NCBI GenBank assembly: GCA_964016885.1
Contig: OZ024750.1
Location: 33,728,001-33,792,000 of the forward strand
Direction: 5' to 3'
Source: Eledone cirrhosa
Taxonomy: Eukaryota
DNA: 64,000 nt
Part shown: positions 47,320 to 63,850 of the stretch, in pieces
How the letters are laid out: the number at the start of each line of letters is the position of its first letter
How positions within the stretch are numbered: the first letter of the stretch is position 1
Program-made: the position numbers and the translations under genes
The notes under the pieces: generated by a model
The model's input: only the letters and a program-made list of their open reading frames with translations
The model's database searches: none
Told to the model about the DNA's origin: nothing

Positions 47320-49344
47320 TATATATATATATAGTCTAATTTCTGTTTAAAATGCCTCTACTTCTACACCAGGATTCAACTATTTCAGAATTAATAATTA
47401 TTCCAGTTAATTTATTTGTTTTTTCTAGGAAAATAGAATCCATGTTGACACAGAAATATCATGAAACTCATGCAAGAATGGAGAATAGATGTTTAACACT
47501 GATGATGATGATGATGATGATGGTGTGTGTGATTTCAACCTTATTTTAAGTTTTCCAATCAATAGAAATAAATCTAACTTTCATTGAAATGCTATCACCA
47601 GAATATCTTTCTTGGTAAAATAATAATTGTTTCTACTTTAGGCACAGGGCCAGCAATTACCCAGTGCATTACTGGTACTTTATTCTTGGTAAAATAATAA
47701 TGGTTTCTAATTTAGTCACAGGGCCAGCAATTATCCAGTGCATTACTGGTACTTTATTCTTGGTAAAATAATAATGGTTTCTAATTTAGTCACAGGGCCA
47801 GCAATTACCCAGTGCATTACTGGTCCTTTATTTTATCGACCCCGTAAGGATGAAAGGCAAAGTCAACCTCGGCGCTTGGTAAAATAATAATAGTTTCTAA
47901 TTTAGCCACAAGGGCAACAATTTTAGGGGGAAAGGAATGTCAATTAAATCGATCCCAGTGCATTTCAGGTTCTTTATTTTTTTACCCTGTAAGGATGAAA
48001 GGTAAAGCTAACTCGACGAGACTTGAACTCAGAATGTAAAAACCATAACTCTATGCCACAAAGCATGTCTGATGCTCTACCGACTACTGACCTTTCTTGG
48101 TTAAAATAATGGGAAATGTACCGCTGCTTTTAGTATTTTTTGCATTATTTTTAATAACATTTAAGCCTTTTGAAACAAACACACTTCAGGTTCTACAATA
48201 CAAAACTTTGTTTTAAAGTGTTTATATTTATCTAAAAACATTCCATCATAATTTTATGTAAGAACCTTTGTCAAGTTATATTCCAAATACCCCTAGTTCT
48301 ATGATACAAAACTTGGTAATTTTAAAATGTTTATATTTATCTAAAACATTCCATAATAATTTTGTTTATTACTTCGTTATATTCCAAATACCCTTGGTTC
48401 TACGATACAAAACTGTTTTAATATGTTTATATTTATCTAAACACTTTCCATCATAATTTCATGTAAGAACCTTTAAGTTATATCCCAACCTTCCTTGGTT
48501 CTACGATACAAAACTTTGTTTTAAAGTTTCTATATTTATCCCAAAACATTGCATCATAATTTTATGTAAAAACCTTTATCAAGTTATGTTCCAAACACCA
48601 GCTTAATAATGAGAAAGTTAGTTATACCACTAAATACATCCAATTTCTTAATGAAAAGGTTATTACTAAATTATTAATTCTTTTCAAAATATTTGTAAAA
48701 TCACAGAAATATGGTAACGAAATGGTTAAGCCAAAACATAGTTTTAACCCTTTGACATTACTCTATTTACTATTGTATTTATGTGCTAAAGGCTTTACCT
48801 CACATAATTATCTCATATCGAATCTTTGAAATTCTGATATTTATTTTGAGAACAATTCCTTAACATCAATACGAGTGACCAGTTACGGCTGGTTTGAACA
48901 GAAAGAGGTGAGAGAATTCTGGCTGGATATGTCTGATTTAAATTACTTCCAAAATGAAATGTACAATCCCCCATTTAGAAATAAAACATGATACAGAATA
49001 AAGGAGGACTGCTTCAGAAACATTGAAATGGTAAATACTGCCACCAAAGATAAACCAGTACAGAGCAATACAGAGATTAATATATTTTATTTTATTTGAT
49101 CACAGTTTACATTTTTATGGTTTTATGTTTATTTTTTTTTTTTACAAAAATACTTCTCCATAAATGAGAATATATTACTAAAAATGCATTTTAAAATCAA
49201 ATTATTGCACATTTATAAAAGTAATAAAATTCAAATTTTTAGGTTTATTAATAATCAAGCAAGCCATGTGCATATTTTACTTGCTATCCAAATAGAATAA
49301 AAAATGTGCAAATATTGATTTTTTAAAAATTTATATAAATGTGT

Positions 49345-49925
49345 ATGCATATATATATATATATATATAATATATATATACATATATATAATATATATAT
49401 ATATAATATATATACATATATATGTATATACATAATATATATACATATATATGTATATACATACATATAATATATATAATATATATAATATATATATAAT
49501 ATATATACATATATAATATATATAATATATATACATATATAATATGTATATACATATAATATATATACATATATAATATGTATATACATATATAATATGT
49601 ATACACAATATATATAATATATATACAATATATATATATATATTATATATACAATATATATATATATATTATATATACAATATATACAATATATATAATA
49701 TATATATACAATATATATATATATTATATATACAATATATATATATTATATATACAATATATATATATATTATATATACAATATATATATATATTATATA
49801 TACAATATATATATATATTATATATACAATATATATATATATTATATATACAATATATATAATATATATATTATATATACAATATATATTATATATATAT
49901 ATATATATAATATATATATATATAT
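49345..49925. repeat. TA-rich low-complexity repeat
   Basis: Seen directly in the sequence. Confidence 0.92.
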
Positions 49926-51795
49926 TGCACACAATGTTTGGGAAAATGTGTTTAAAAAAAAACTATATACAATGTTTTTGGAGAATGCATTCACTTGGAG
50001 CTGGCACTGCATCCTGAAGTAGGAGGAAAATAAAGATTTTATTCGCTCCTGGCTAGCAGCTTAAATATGTGGAAGTACCATATTTGTATGCACTTTAGCA
50101 GTTTCTTAGAATTGAAGCTGTTTACTGTGTAGAGAATCTCTTATGCTCTGCAAACTTGGAAAGATTTCTCAGGATGACAAGAGGACTTTTTTGTAAATTG
50201 ACAATATCGTTTGATCAATTTATCTTTTTTGTAACAAATATTAAGACACAAACTTTATAACTACAAAACCTTTCAACTAAAATTTGTTAAATATTAAGCA
50301 CATTAAAAAAAAAGAAAAACATGTCTATCATGTATTCTATTTTTATCAATGTTTTTCACATAATGTAATTTAAAATTTAACTTTAAAATATAGTCTTTTG
50401 TTGGTTATCTTTAAATGGAAATGGCATAAGTATAAACTTAAGCTAATAATAAATGAAATGAAGTTAGAAAATTAATCATATGTGTTACACAAAACCTCTA
50501 AAAAGCACAAGTGCTAACTTAACCATCTAAATTATATTAATTTTTTAAAAATATTATTTTAAATTGATAACAATTGAAATTAAGAATGTTTGGTTTGTTT
50601 TTGTTAGTTTTGCCAGTCTAAGAGGATGTGTGCCAGGAAGTTATGCTTTGTTCACAATGGTGTCAAAAGCAAAGGATTCAGTTACAAAGAAAAATAAGGA
50701 AAATCTTGCACAATTTAACATTCACCAAAAATTTCCACATCATTTTGATAACTTACTATTTATACTACCAACATTTTAAAAAGTAACCTACTAAAACTTC
50801 TAACATCTCCAAATTAAAGAGTAAAACCATCACCGTTTAAAGCGATAGTACCAGATAATATTCGTTTTTATGTTAGAAAAAAAGCATTATTTTTAGAATA
50901 CATACAAATAATTTTTCAAGGAAGACACCGAAATATATTTTCATCAAATTTTTGCTTTTGCATGTAATTTTTATTTTATTTTATTGTTTTGTTTTGTTTT
51001 GTTGTTATCTTAGTCCCAAATGAAACAAATACTACCAGCAAACAGAAATATTTAAAACAATGCAGAATTTATTTATTGAAATCCCTGTATTGTATGAAAT
51101 AATTTTCTGTTCAAACCAATCTTTAGATTAAGTAATAATTCACACATTTTAATTTGGAAATATTTCTCAGATTGGAGAAAGATTTTTATACAATACTTTA
51201 CATCTTATTGAAAATTAAAGCAAAGTGGGGAAACACATTGACACTAAGACAACCTGAGTGTATCCAAGCCATAACACTCTAAGTAGGAATAAGCCAACAC
51301 TGCCCAAACATTGCAATTTTGTGTGAGCTAGAAATATAACACCTCAACAGCTAAATGTACAATTTTAGATTCTAATGATGAAAATATTTACAAAGTGATA
51401 TTCCTTTGCTTTTTCTACCCTTTAATGAACCATAAATAAAATATACATCCATGTTTCTCTATTCAACTGTACAAATTAATGCTGGACTTTTTAGGATAAA
51501 AACAAAATGGTCAAATAGCAGTGAAATTTAGAGAATAAGATCTTAAGGTAGAATAATTTACAAGAAAGTAAAGATATATATTAATCCACAAGACTGTCCT
51601 TTTACAATGAAAATATAAGAATTATTTGTAATATCTGTAAAACTGAAAGAACTCAAAAATGATATGAAATAAAAAATATCATACAGGCATCTTTTCCTTG
51701 GCTTTGCTTCATTAGTACACACATATATATCTGTATGTGTACACATTCATACATACCCTTATATTACATATATGTACACACATATGCACACGCAA

Positions 51796-51835
<40 letters not shown>

Positions 51836-53439
51836 TATATATATACTGTATATATATATATACTGTATATACTTGTGTATAAATTACACCTCCATTTTAC
51901 GCATTTACAATGTACCATATATTTTCAATTGAGGTTTTTGTAGGTCCAGTAGATAAATTGAAAGCTGGATTTTTCACAGATTTTCTTGAAAAAGAAAACA
52001 GGTCACCTTATACACAAGTCTATATGGTAAATACATACATCTATAAATACATATAGTTACATACACACACAAATCTAATTTTCAACTTGTAATATGTGGC
52101 AATCTAGAACATTCTCCAAAAGTATTTTTAATCAAGATTAATGAACAAAATAATTAAATAGAGTATATGACCTAATCTTAAATTGAAGCACCATCAATAT
52201 TAACCCAGCAAAAATTTAACTTAAAGTTCAATACAAATTGATAAATTTGAAGAAAGAAATTAAAAAAAAAAAAAAAAAAAAAATGAATTGAAACAATGGC
52301 AAAAAAAAAAAAAATTTAGAATTTTAAATAAAATTAAAGTTAAACAAAAATATAGAAAACAGAATGAATATATGAAGTTCTATTTAACAAACTGTTAAGA
52401 TTGCATAAAACAAAACAAGGAATAGGATCATCAGAAAAAAGCTGTAACAAAATGTGCATGGGTTGGGATCAGGGAAAATAAAGTGAAAAGGATGCAGGGA
52501 AAGGTGGGGGTTATATATAAGATGAAATTATCAAATTATACACTTTTATCTAAATTTCACAATGTGGCTCAGTTAGAAATAGCTTTAACCAATTAGTGAA
52601 TAACAAAATAACCAAAAATTACTTCTGACAAATCCTTTTTTTTTTTTTTAATCTTTTTTAATGTCACTTGTTATTTTGTTGATTAGCATTCTGAAGTAGG
52701 ACACACAGAAAATAAAATCCTATGAAAAAAAGCTTACAAAGGCATTCAATCATTATTTTACCAAGTAGTCAAAGAAATTCATATTCTTCAATATGAAATT
52801 GAAATTTTCCAAAATTGCTAAAGTTTAAAAAGAACAAAAAAAAAAATGCATTGAAAATAATGCTAATTATTGACACATGCAAACAATGCTAAAATCAATA
52901 TCAGTATATGAATGTTATTGAAGCCTTCACTGAAAATGAAATACTAATTATTATTAACATAATACTCTCAGCAGTCCAGCTTTTTTATTATATGTATATT
53001 TGTTTTTGTGTGGTACTGCTTTGTAAAATAACATTCTATAGCACTAAAGCCTCGAGATTAAAGTGAAATATACGATGCATTTCAAAACATGAATTATGAA
53101 AAGAATTGGCAATAATTTCACACACACACACACATATACATATACACAAATGTATATATATACATACAAACCTACATACACACACACACACACACACACA
53201 TGCATTAGCCTTAATAATCATATCTGTAATTAAAAAAAAACAAACTAGTTATTGAACAGCATCAATGAAGATGCAAGTTATTGATTTTAAAATCTTTGAT
53301 ACTCCTGTTTATTTTTATGGTCTGTGACCTGTAACTCCGAGGTCAGCTATAGCAGTACTTAAAACAATATTAGGTGAATAAGGTAGAATTGAAAGTATTT
53401 TAGTTTTTGTTGTAATAGAATCATGTGTGTGTAATGTGT

Positions 53440-53715
53440 GTGCATATATATATATATATATATATACATACATTCACACACATATATATATAAATGCATA
53501 CATATATACACACACACATATATAAATGCATACACATGCACACATATATATATATATATATATAAATGCATACATACACACACACATATATATAAATGCA
53601 TACATACACACACACATATATATATAAATGCATACATACACACACACATATATATATATATAAATGCATACATATATATATAAATGCATACATACACACA
53701 CACACACACACACAC

Positions 53716-53777
<62 letters not shown>

Positions 53778-53880
53778 GCGATGAAATACCCATGATCGTT
53801 TGGTAAATCACTGATGAGGGACTCATTTTATAACATGTTATCCATGTGCAACCAGTAGTATTCTTCTCACCCATATTTTC

Positions 53881-53913
<33 letters not shown>

Positions 53914-55500
53914 AACACATATATATAAATACATACATACATATACACATCTATATATATATATATATTCATAAATTACTGAAACACCTGCAAAATTTGA
54001 TTCCATTTCCTCACCAAAAATCAATAAGAACATTTACAGGGTTATCTCAATGTACACATTTCTATAAAGAACATTCTTTACTCAATGAAAATGCAAACAA
54101 GAAAATTCTTATCATATTCTCAGATATACTAGAATTGTATGTACATACATACATACATACATACATATACATATAAATAAATACATACATATATATATAT
54201 ATATAAATACATACATATATATATATATATATAAATACATACATATATATATATATATATAAATACATACATATACATATATATACATACATACATATAT
54301 ATATATAAATATATACATATATATATATATATATAAATACATACATATACATATATATACATACATACATATATATATATAAATATATACATATATATAT
54401 ATATAAATACATACATATACATATATATACATACATACATATACATATATATACATACATACATATACATATATATACATACATACATATACATATATAT
54501 AAATACATACATATACATATATATAAATACATACATATACATATATATAAATACATACATATACATATATATAAATACATACATATACATATATATATAA
54601 ATACATACATATACATATATATATAAATACATACATATACATATATATATAAATACATACATATACATATATATATAAATACATACATATACATATATAT
54701 ATAAATACATACATATACATATATATATAAATACATACATATACATATATATATAAATACATACATACATATACATATATATAAATACATACATATATAA
54801 ATAAATATATATACATATATATAAATATATATACATATATATAAATAAATATATATACATATATATAAATAAATATATATACATATATATAAATACATAC
54901 ATATACATATATATAAATACATACATATACATATAAATACATACATATACATATATATAAATACATACATATACATATATATATATAAATACATACAGAT
55001 ACATATATATACAAACATACATATATATATATAAATACATACATATACATATATATACATACATACATATACATATATATACATACATACACATATATAT
55101 AAATACATACATATACATAAATACATACATATATATATATATAAATACATACATATATATATATATATATAAATAAATACATACATACATATAAATAAAT
55201 ACATACATATACATATATATAAATAAATAAATACATACATATACATATATATAAATACATACACATACATATATATATAAATAAATACATATACATATAT
55301 ATATAAATAAATACATATACATATATATATAAATAAATACATATACATATATATATAAATAAATACATATACATATATATAAATACATACATATAATATA
55401 TATAAATACATACATATATATATATAAATAAATACATGCATATACACACACATATATATATATATATATACAAATACATACATATACATATATACATATT
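53440..55500. repeat. TA/TACA-rich compound microsatellites
   Basis: Seen directly in the sequence. Confidence 0.92.
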
Positions 55501-55861
55501 TGAATTGACTAAAAATGCATTTTAAATAATTGAATTTATACTGCTTGAATCGCAAGATCCTTGAAATAGATTTAATCATGAATTAAGCAACATAAGCATG
55601 CTATTCCCCATAAAAAAAAAACATTAAAGAAAAAAAGCATATCTCTTTCAAACATCAGACTAAAAAAAAAAAAAACTCACTAAATCTCCAATTCAGCAAC
55701 ACTTATTTTATTTAGGGAGTCAAGAGAAATTACTTTGTAAAAAATATTACTTAATAATAGATATAAGATTCTCAGTTGTTAACTAATTCCAGAATATTCC
55801 ACTGTAGACAGCAGATCACTGTTAGTGAAGTGGTGTTAGCTTTTCAGCCCTAATACTGACA

Positions 55862-57875
55862 ATATACACACAGTTAAGCTGTCACGTCAGCACATACACA
55901 CACAGAGAAGCAGTCACCTCAGCATATACACACACAGAGAAGCAGTCATCTCAGCATATACACACACAGAGAAGCAGTCATCTCAGCATATACACACACA
56001 GAGAAGCAGTCATCTCAGCATATACACACACAGAGAAGCAGTCATCTCAGCATATACACACACAGAGAAGCAGTCATCTCAGCATATACACACACAGAGA
56101 AGCAGTCATCTCAGCATATACACACACAGAGAAGCAGTCATCTCAGCATATACACACACAGAGAAGCAGTCATCTCAGCATATACACACAGAGAAGCAGT
56201 CATCTCAGCATATACACACAGAGAAGCAGTCATCTCAGCATATACACACACAGAGAAGCAGTCACCTCAGCATATACACACACAGAGAAGCAGTCACCTC
56301 AGCATATACACACAGAGAAGCAGTCATCTCAGCATATACACACACAGAGAAGCAGTCATCTCAGCATATACACACACAGAGAAGCAGTCATCTCAGCATA
56401 TACACACAGAGAAGCAGTCATCTCAGCATATACACACAGAGAAGCAGCCATCTCAGCATATACACACAGAGAAGCAGTCACCTCAGCATATACACACACA
56501 GAGAAGCAGTCATCTCAGCATATACACACAGAGAAGCAGTCATCTCAGCATATACACACACAGAGAAGCAGTCATTTCAGCATATACACACACAGAGAAG
56601 CAGTCATCTCAGCATATACACACAGAGAAGCAGTCATCTCAGCATATACACACAGAGAAGCAGTCATCTCAGCATATACACACAGAGAAGCAGTCATCTC
56701 AGCATATACACACAGAGAAGCAGTCACCTCAGCATATACACACACAGAGAAGCAGTCATCTCAACATATACACACAGAGAAGCAGTCATCTCAGCATATA
56801 CACACACAGAGAAGCAGTCATCTCAGCATATACACACAGAGAAGCAGTCATCTCAGCATATACACACACAGAGAAGCAGTCATCTCAGCATATACACACA
56901 GAGAAGCAGTCATCTCAGCATATACACACACAGAGAAGCAGTCATCTCAGCATATACACACAGAGAAGCAGTCATCTCAGCATATACACACAGAGAAGCA
57001 GTCATCTCAGCATATACACACAGAGAAGCAGTCATCTCAGCATATACACACACAGAGAAGCAGTCATCTCAGCATATACACACAGAGAAGCAGTCATCTC
57101 AGCATATACACACAGAGAAGCAGTCACCTCAGCATATACACACACAGAGAAGCAGTCACCTCAGCATATACACAGAGAGAAGCAGTCACCTCAGCATATA
57201 CACACACACACAGAAGCAGTCATATACACACACAGAGAAGCAGTCACCTCAACATATATACACACACAGAAGCAGTCATCTCAGCATATACACACAGAGA
57301 AGCAGTCACCTCAGCATATACACACAGCGAAGCAGTCATCTCAGCATATACACACAGAGAAGCAGTCACCTCAGCATATACACACAGAGAAGCAGTCACC
57401 TCAGCATATACACACACACACAGAGAAGCAGTCACCTCAACATATATACACACACAGAAGCAGTCATCTCAGCATATACACACAGAGAAGCAGTCATCTC
57501 AGCATATACACACAGAGAAGCAGTCATCTCAGCATATACACACAGAGAAGCAGTCATCTCAGCATATACACACAGAGAAGCAGTCATCTCAGCATATACA
57601 CACACAGAGAAGCAGTCATCTCAGCATATACACACACAGAGAAGAAGTCACCTCAGCATATACACACACAGCGAAGCAGTCACCTCAACATATACACACA
57701 GAGAAGCAGTCACCTCAACATATACACACACAGAGAAGCAGTCACCTCAACATATATACACAGAGAAGCAGTCACCTCAACATATACACACAGAGAAGCA
57801 GTCACCTCAGCATATACACACACACACAGAAGCAGTCACCTCAGCATATATACACACAGCGAAGCAGTCATCTCA
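55862..57875. repeat. 30/32-bp minisatellite CAGCATATA(CA)nGAGAAGCAGTCATCT
   Basis: Seen directly in the sequence. Confidence 0.97.
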
Positions 57876-58223
57876 AATTTCTCTCAGGATTCATGAAGGA
57901 CAGTTCAATAAATGTAAAAAGCCAACTTAGAATCTCAGAAATGTTATGATACATGCAATATTTTCAGTAATCTGTGAATGAGTTAGTGTGTATGTGTACA
58001 TACATGAATGTGTATGTTTACATATGCATGTATGTGTATATATGCATGTGTATGTGTACATATGTATGTATGTGTATATGCGTGTGCAATTGTATTCCAC
58101 TGTCGAACATGGAAAAATATGAAAACACCTGAGAATAAAACCACTAAAAAAATGTATTTTAACCTAAGTATTTTAAAACCTACTAGTTTATGTATACATT
58201 ACATATAAATCCATATGTATACA

Positions 58224-58401
<178 letters not shown>

Positions 58402-59263
58402 TTCAAAGTTTTACAATGTATGTATACAATAGATATATATTTATATATATAGTTGACATACCTATATGTATACAGATGTAATTTGAAGTTTTACAATTCT
58501 AAATTCTCATATATATATATATACATATATATATATACATATATATATATATACATACTTCATGAGTTCAGATTTTTGAACCAGAATCTGAACAGCTGGT
58601 AAGAATGACTCCCAGCTGATATCAACAAATAAAAGTTACCAACAGTAATTTATCTCATTAACTCTTATTTTTATGACAAGGCACAAACATGGTTTGATTG
58701 ATTAGTTATGGACAAAAGACAGGATATAAAACTGTCCGTTTCAAAAGAAAAAAGAAGGCACAAACATCCGTCAATGATTTATACAAGTTGGGCTATATGA
58801 GGACCATACTAACAATTTTCTGCACTCTTATTAAAGGTTGAAATTAAAAAAACACCACAAAATAAGTGCTTGAACACTATGTATGGAGAGAGAGAGAGAG
58901 AGAGAAAGAGAAAGATCAATTATGAATCAAAATTGCTTTTAAACCAATATTGTTTTTATAATTAATGTGAAAACTAACTACTATAAAAAAAAATTTAGTA
59001 TAGAAGTAAAATTAGTGAAGATTCTAGCTTATAGAAAGTTATCGAAAACTTGTAAAGAGAGGAAAGAATCCCAACTGTATTAAACAATGGATCATTGTTT
59101 AACTAAAAAACAAAATAAAAAAATAAATATTTGAAACAAAAAGTAAAAACTATTAATTAACATAATTGCTAATCATAGTATCTTATAAATTAGATAGGTA
59201 TTTATTACTATAATGTCACGGTACACTAAATGCTTTGTTTTTAAATCACTACATAGACATTAA

Positions 59264-59464
59264 CCCTTTAGCATCTTAACCGGCCATATCTGCCAGAATT
59301 CTCTTTCTGTTCCAACCGGCTATAACCAACCACTCATACTGATGTTAAGGAATTGTTCTCAAAATAAATAATATCAAAATCTCATAAGATTCGATATTAT
59401 ACAAGGTAAAGCCTTTACTGTGAAAATACAATAGTAAATATAGAGTAATGTAAATGGTAAAGGG
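59264..59464. mobile_element. piggyBac-type MITE (~200 bp)
   Basis: TTAA-CCCTTTAGCAT...ATGGTAAAGGG-TTAA. Relatives at ~19884-20068, 26803-27025, 31938-32050, 40146-40560, 48746-48940 and 62558-62762. Confidence 0.75.
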
Positions 59465-60763
59465 TTAAAAATAATGATGAAAATCATAATCTTAGCGGAC
59501 TTTGATTCTAGGAATTTGTTCTCCATGTTTTTTATAATCCATTTAATTAAAGGAAAAAAATAAGAGAAAACAGCTCTAATTAACAGCCCTATATTGTTTT
59601 ATATAAAACTGGGTTTTAAATATAGTGACTAATTAAAAAACCCATATATAGATTTATTTTCAATTTTTTCCATTTGTATTTTATTTGCTTTGCAAATTCT
59701 ACAATTCTGATTATTGTAGAATAATTATATATAAATGTATGTTTGTTCCCTTATTATTTAAGGCACTAATAATGAATCAATGAACAAAATAAACAAAAAC
59801 TTTTGAAATTAAATTAAAAAAATGTAAATAAAAAAGAAATACTTTGAGAAATCTCTTGAAAATGTTTTTGCTGATATATTCTAAAAAATAATTCTAATTA
59901 AAGGTAATTTATGATAACTCATTTCTAATTAATTAATAATTTTCTATTTAATCAACTAAAGTTCACAAAATAATTAAAAGTGTTGTTTTCTTTAATTTGT
60001 TCAATATTTATATTACTTAAAATTAATTTAAATCTAAATTGACCTCCCCATGAATAAAACTTATTAATTATAGTTGTAACACTATAAAGTTTAAAAGATA
60101 TTGAAAGAAAAAAAAATGATTTCCAACTCCCTAAAATCACAATTAGGCCCTTAAACTTATAGATTTATTGAAAAAATAATTTACTTAATCCCATTTTGAA
60201 GAAAACAATCTTAAATTGTCTTAAACTGATACCAGTTAAAAGGAAACAGTAAATTAAATCCCCAAAAGACTTTTAGTTAAAAATTCAGGCAATCTGTTTC
60301 TAGATCTGTAAAATACTGTCAGCACTAACGACTATGATTACAGCCAGACTCACATTTCACAGTCAAAATAAGTCACTTTGTGTCATCTACACCCTAGAAA
60401 TAGTCTCTTTTAATTATAGCATAGTTGTAGTTGTTGTTTCTTGAGTGGAGAGGTTGTTTATAACTTCTGCTCACTTCTGCTTTCAATTCATGAACTCCAA
60501 GATGGTTGATTCACATAGATTGTTTAACCACTACACATCTATAGTTGCTAATTACTGTGTTGTTTATCTGTAAGAGTTATATTGTGACATTGTGTTGATA
60601 AACAGGTGTAAACAGGTAAGAACACTCTACGTCAGTTGTATCTCTCCAGCATAAAAGTGGCGATCAAATGTGACGGAGTTTCCATGTATGGAAATAAACG
60701 TTAAAACAGATTATAGATAATCATATTTATACATAAATATTATGTAACATCTATCTAAACATT

Positions 60764-60808
<45 letters not shown>

Positions 60809-61928
60809 TTTGGGCTTGTGTTTTCAGCAAGCCTTTTCAAGGGTGTGTGTGTGTATATATATATACACACTGCCCTCTATAAATTCAGAAATTTTCTTTT
60901 TTCAGGGGAAGACTACATTAGAATGTTGACCACATCCATATATTTATGCAGATGTAGACACAAAGGACATGAGAGAGAGACTGAAAAATGAGCAATGCTT
61001 ATGTTTAAATAATAGTTTTCTCAAAACATTTAACTAGAAGCCAATAAAACTATTTCATCACTATTTTTTTTTTTTTAGATAAGAAATCTTTTCTCTTTTT
61101 TTTTGGTACATTCACAATAAAATAAATAAAATTAAATAATAATAAATAAGAATGAAAAGTTGGCGATAGAAAGTCACTACTATACCTGTATTACATAAAT
61201 GCAAGGTAAATTATTGGCTAACAGTTCAAATCTCTAACAATATGTTAGCTTTGAGTACTTATTACATAAAAATCTATCTTCAATGTGCAATTAACAGAAA
61301 ATTACCTTAATGACATGCACAAGTTGCTTTGTGATATTTTCTTTCTTTTGTTTTTTGTTTTGTGTTTTGTTTTTTTGAAGAGCTTCTATATAAATATAAA
61401 ACAATATTTCCAGATAGTTACTTAAGAAGTCAGACTACCAATGAAATTTAAGAGGGGGGGATCTTTATCCTTTAGTAACAAAAAAAAAACCCTGAAAACT
61501 GACTTTCGCAACTTCCTAGCTTGAAGCAGGAAACAATGAAAAAAATGTCCAACAAGAAGCAGACAATTATTTTAAATTTTATGGATCAATAAAATACTGG
61601 AATCAAAATATTATTATAACTCATAAGGCAAAAGAGAGAGAGAGTTAAATATATTTTTTAGCACAAGTCATTATCAAATTTTAATTGATTCCTAATAAAA
61701 ATTGGTGAATTTAATGGGCTTCTTTCATTTTTTTTTATTTTATTTTTATTTTTAATAGGAATAGCTAAATTTTGCAACCACCTTTAAAAGTCTTTCAAGA
61801 AAGTTTTGGAGTGTTTTATATATATATTTCTGTAAGTTCCATTCTAGACAAAACTTTTAACGCTCTCACATAAGTCTTTGAATTCATATATTTCAGGGAT
61901 GGAGGGGGAGGGGCCTAATTGTCATTGA

Positions 61929-62417
61929 CTACTTGGGGTGGACAAAGTGTTTTAAGTTTGGTCTATTTTGGTAGAAAGTTGAAAATGTAGATGGTGGAGG
62001 AGGAGGAGGGTGACTTAATATAAGAGGTGGGGGTAATGAATAATAGTCTTTTGGTGCCCGATAATCCAGTCTGTGTGTGGGATGTGCCTGTGGCAGTGAT
62101 GGTGGAGGGGGTGGAGGAGGTGGCTGTTGTTGCTGCTGCTGTTGTTGCTGCTGTTGCTGTTGTTGCTGTTGCTGCTGAATAGGTGGAGGAAAACGCTGCA
62201 CTTCCAACATTCGTTGCATATGTGTTGAAGAGATCATCCCACCTCGCATTAAATGTGCAGGTTGAAGGGATTGTGGGAAGGCTGGATGTACTGACTGTGC
62301 AGGTAGATTGAGTCCTGCTAAATAAGAATTAGATGCTGCCGAACTTAAAGTGGATGCAGCATTCAACTCTGATGGTGATGAAGAGGAGTTTTTACTTGAA
62401 GACATACTGCTGGAGTG
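61929..62417 (-). CDS. Terminal coding exon of an unidentified Ser/Pro/Gln-rich protein (upstream exons outside the window)
   Basis: Polypyrimidine tract + GAACAG acceptor on - strand, phase 0, 162 codons to TAG. Mixed CAG/CAA polyQ, polyP and non-repetitive flanks. GC-richer than its surroundings. Confidence 0.82.
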   Translation of the reverse strand, partial: HSSSMSSSKNSSSSPSELNAASTLSSAASNSYLAGLNLPAQSVHPAFPQSLQPAHLMRGGMISSTHMQRMLEVQRFPPPIQQQQQQQQQQQQQQQQQQPPPPPPPPSLPQAHPTHRLDYRAPKDYYSLPPPLILSHPPPPPPSTFSTFYQNRPNLKHFVHPK

Positions 62418-63024
62418 CTGTTCAAGAGAAAAGAGAAAGAACAATACATAAGTCAAATATTTTCAACATTTCTTTCAACAATATTTTTTTCTGAAATAAT
62501 TACTTTACAGTTACTTAGGGTGGAGGAAGAACACACACATTATATATTGTAAAGCTTTAACCCTTTAACATTTAAAACGGCCGTATCCAGTTAGAATTCT
62601 CTCACATCCTTCTGTTGAAACTGGCTGTAACCAGCCGCTCATATTAATGATAACGTATTGTTCTCAAAATAAATAATATCAAAATCTCGTAGATTTGATA
62701 TTATTATGTGAGGTAAAACCTTTACTGTGAAAATATAATAATAAATATAGAGTAAACGTAAATGTGTGTTTAGTTGTGTGTTTGTGTATGTGTGAGAGAG
62801 AATGGAGAGAAAGTGAGAGAGGGGGAGAGAGAGAGAATGAAAGAGTGAAAAACAGTGAAAGAGTGAAAAACAGTGAAAGAGAGAAAAGGAGAGAGAATCT
62901 ATATAATGAATGTGTGTTTGCTAGAATACTTGTTCAAATATCATGCAGATAAAATATCAACAATTTTAAAATGATAAAACATCAACAAATTATTTCGAAG
63001 CAAAAGAAGACCAAAAGAGGAATA

Positions 63025-63211
63025 TTGGATTGGCAGTATCGGTAGAGGGTCGGACGCCATGCTTTGAAGCAAAGAGTTACGTCCCTTTACGATCTGAGTT
63101 CAAATCCCGCCGAGGTTGACTTTGCCTTTCAACCTTATGGGGGTCGATAAAATAAAGTACCAGTAATGCACTGGGTTATTGCTGGCCTTGTGCCTAAAGT
63201 AGAAACAATTA
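63025..63211 (+). mobile_element. SINE A
   Basis: Matches the family consensus. Confidence 0.8.
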
Positions 63212-63297
63212 TTTCTCTGAAAAAATTCTACATGAAAAATGTTTTTATTTGCATTTGTTGAAATTAACTTTAGATTTGTAACTAAACATATCTTGAT

Positions 63298-63641
63298 CAT
63301 CATCATCATCATCATTTCATTTTACGTCCGCTTTTTCCCTGCTTGCAAGGGTGGGACGGGAACTGATTCTGGCTTGATTTCTACAGCTGGATGCCCTTCC
63401 TAACACCAACCTCATTTACAGTGAGTGCTGGGTGCTTTTTTGCCGTGGCACCTGCACAACCACTTTACAGTGGAATGATAGGGACCCCAGTCCCTATCAT
63501 CTCATTTCTACAGCTGAGTAAACTGGAGCAATGTGAAATAAAGTGTCTTGCTCAAGGAAACAACACATCACCTGGTCTGAGAATTGAACTCACAACCTTT
63601 CGATTGCAAGGCCAATGCTCTAACCACTAAGCCATGTGCCT

Positions 63642-63643
<2 letters not shown>
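63298..63643 (-). mobile_element. SINE B
   Basis: Full-length copy. Confidence 0.85.
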
Positions 63644-63706
<63 letters not shown>

Positions 63707-63781
63707 TATACATACATATATATATATATACATATATATACATATATATACATACATATATATATATATACATATATATAC

Positions 63782-63850
<69 letters not shown>

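Noticed and set aside
53805-53860. CTGATGA in a TA-flanked segment as a hammerhead
   Set aside because: No stem II closure or GAAA downstream. The same applies to CTGAAGA at ~223 and ~16086.
53359-55579. Long YI/CVCM ORFs (also 49255-49932, 63568-63924, 40561-41158)
   Set aside because: Translations of TA/CA/GAT microsatellites.
23370-57875. Tandem arrays as CRISPR arrays
   Set aside because: No unique spacers, no cas genes, eukaryotic context.
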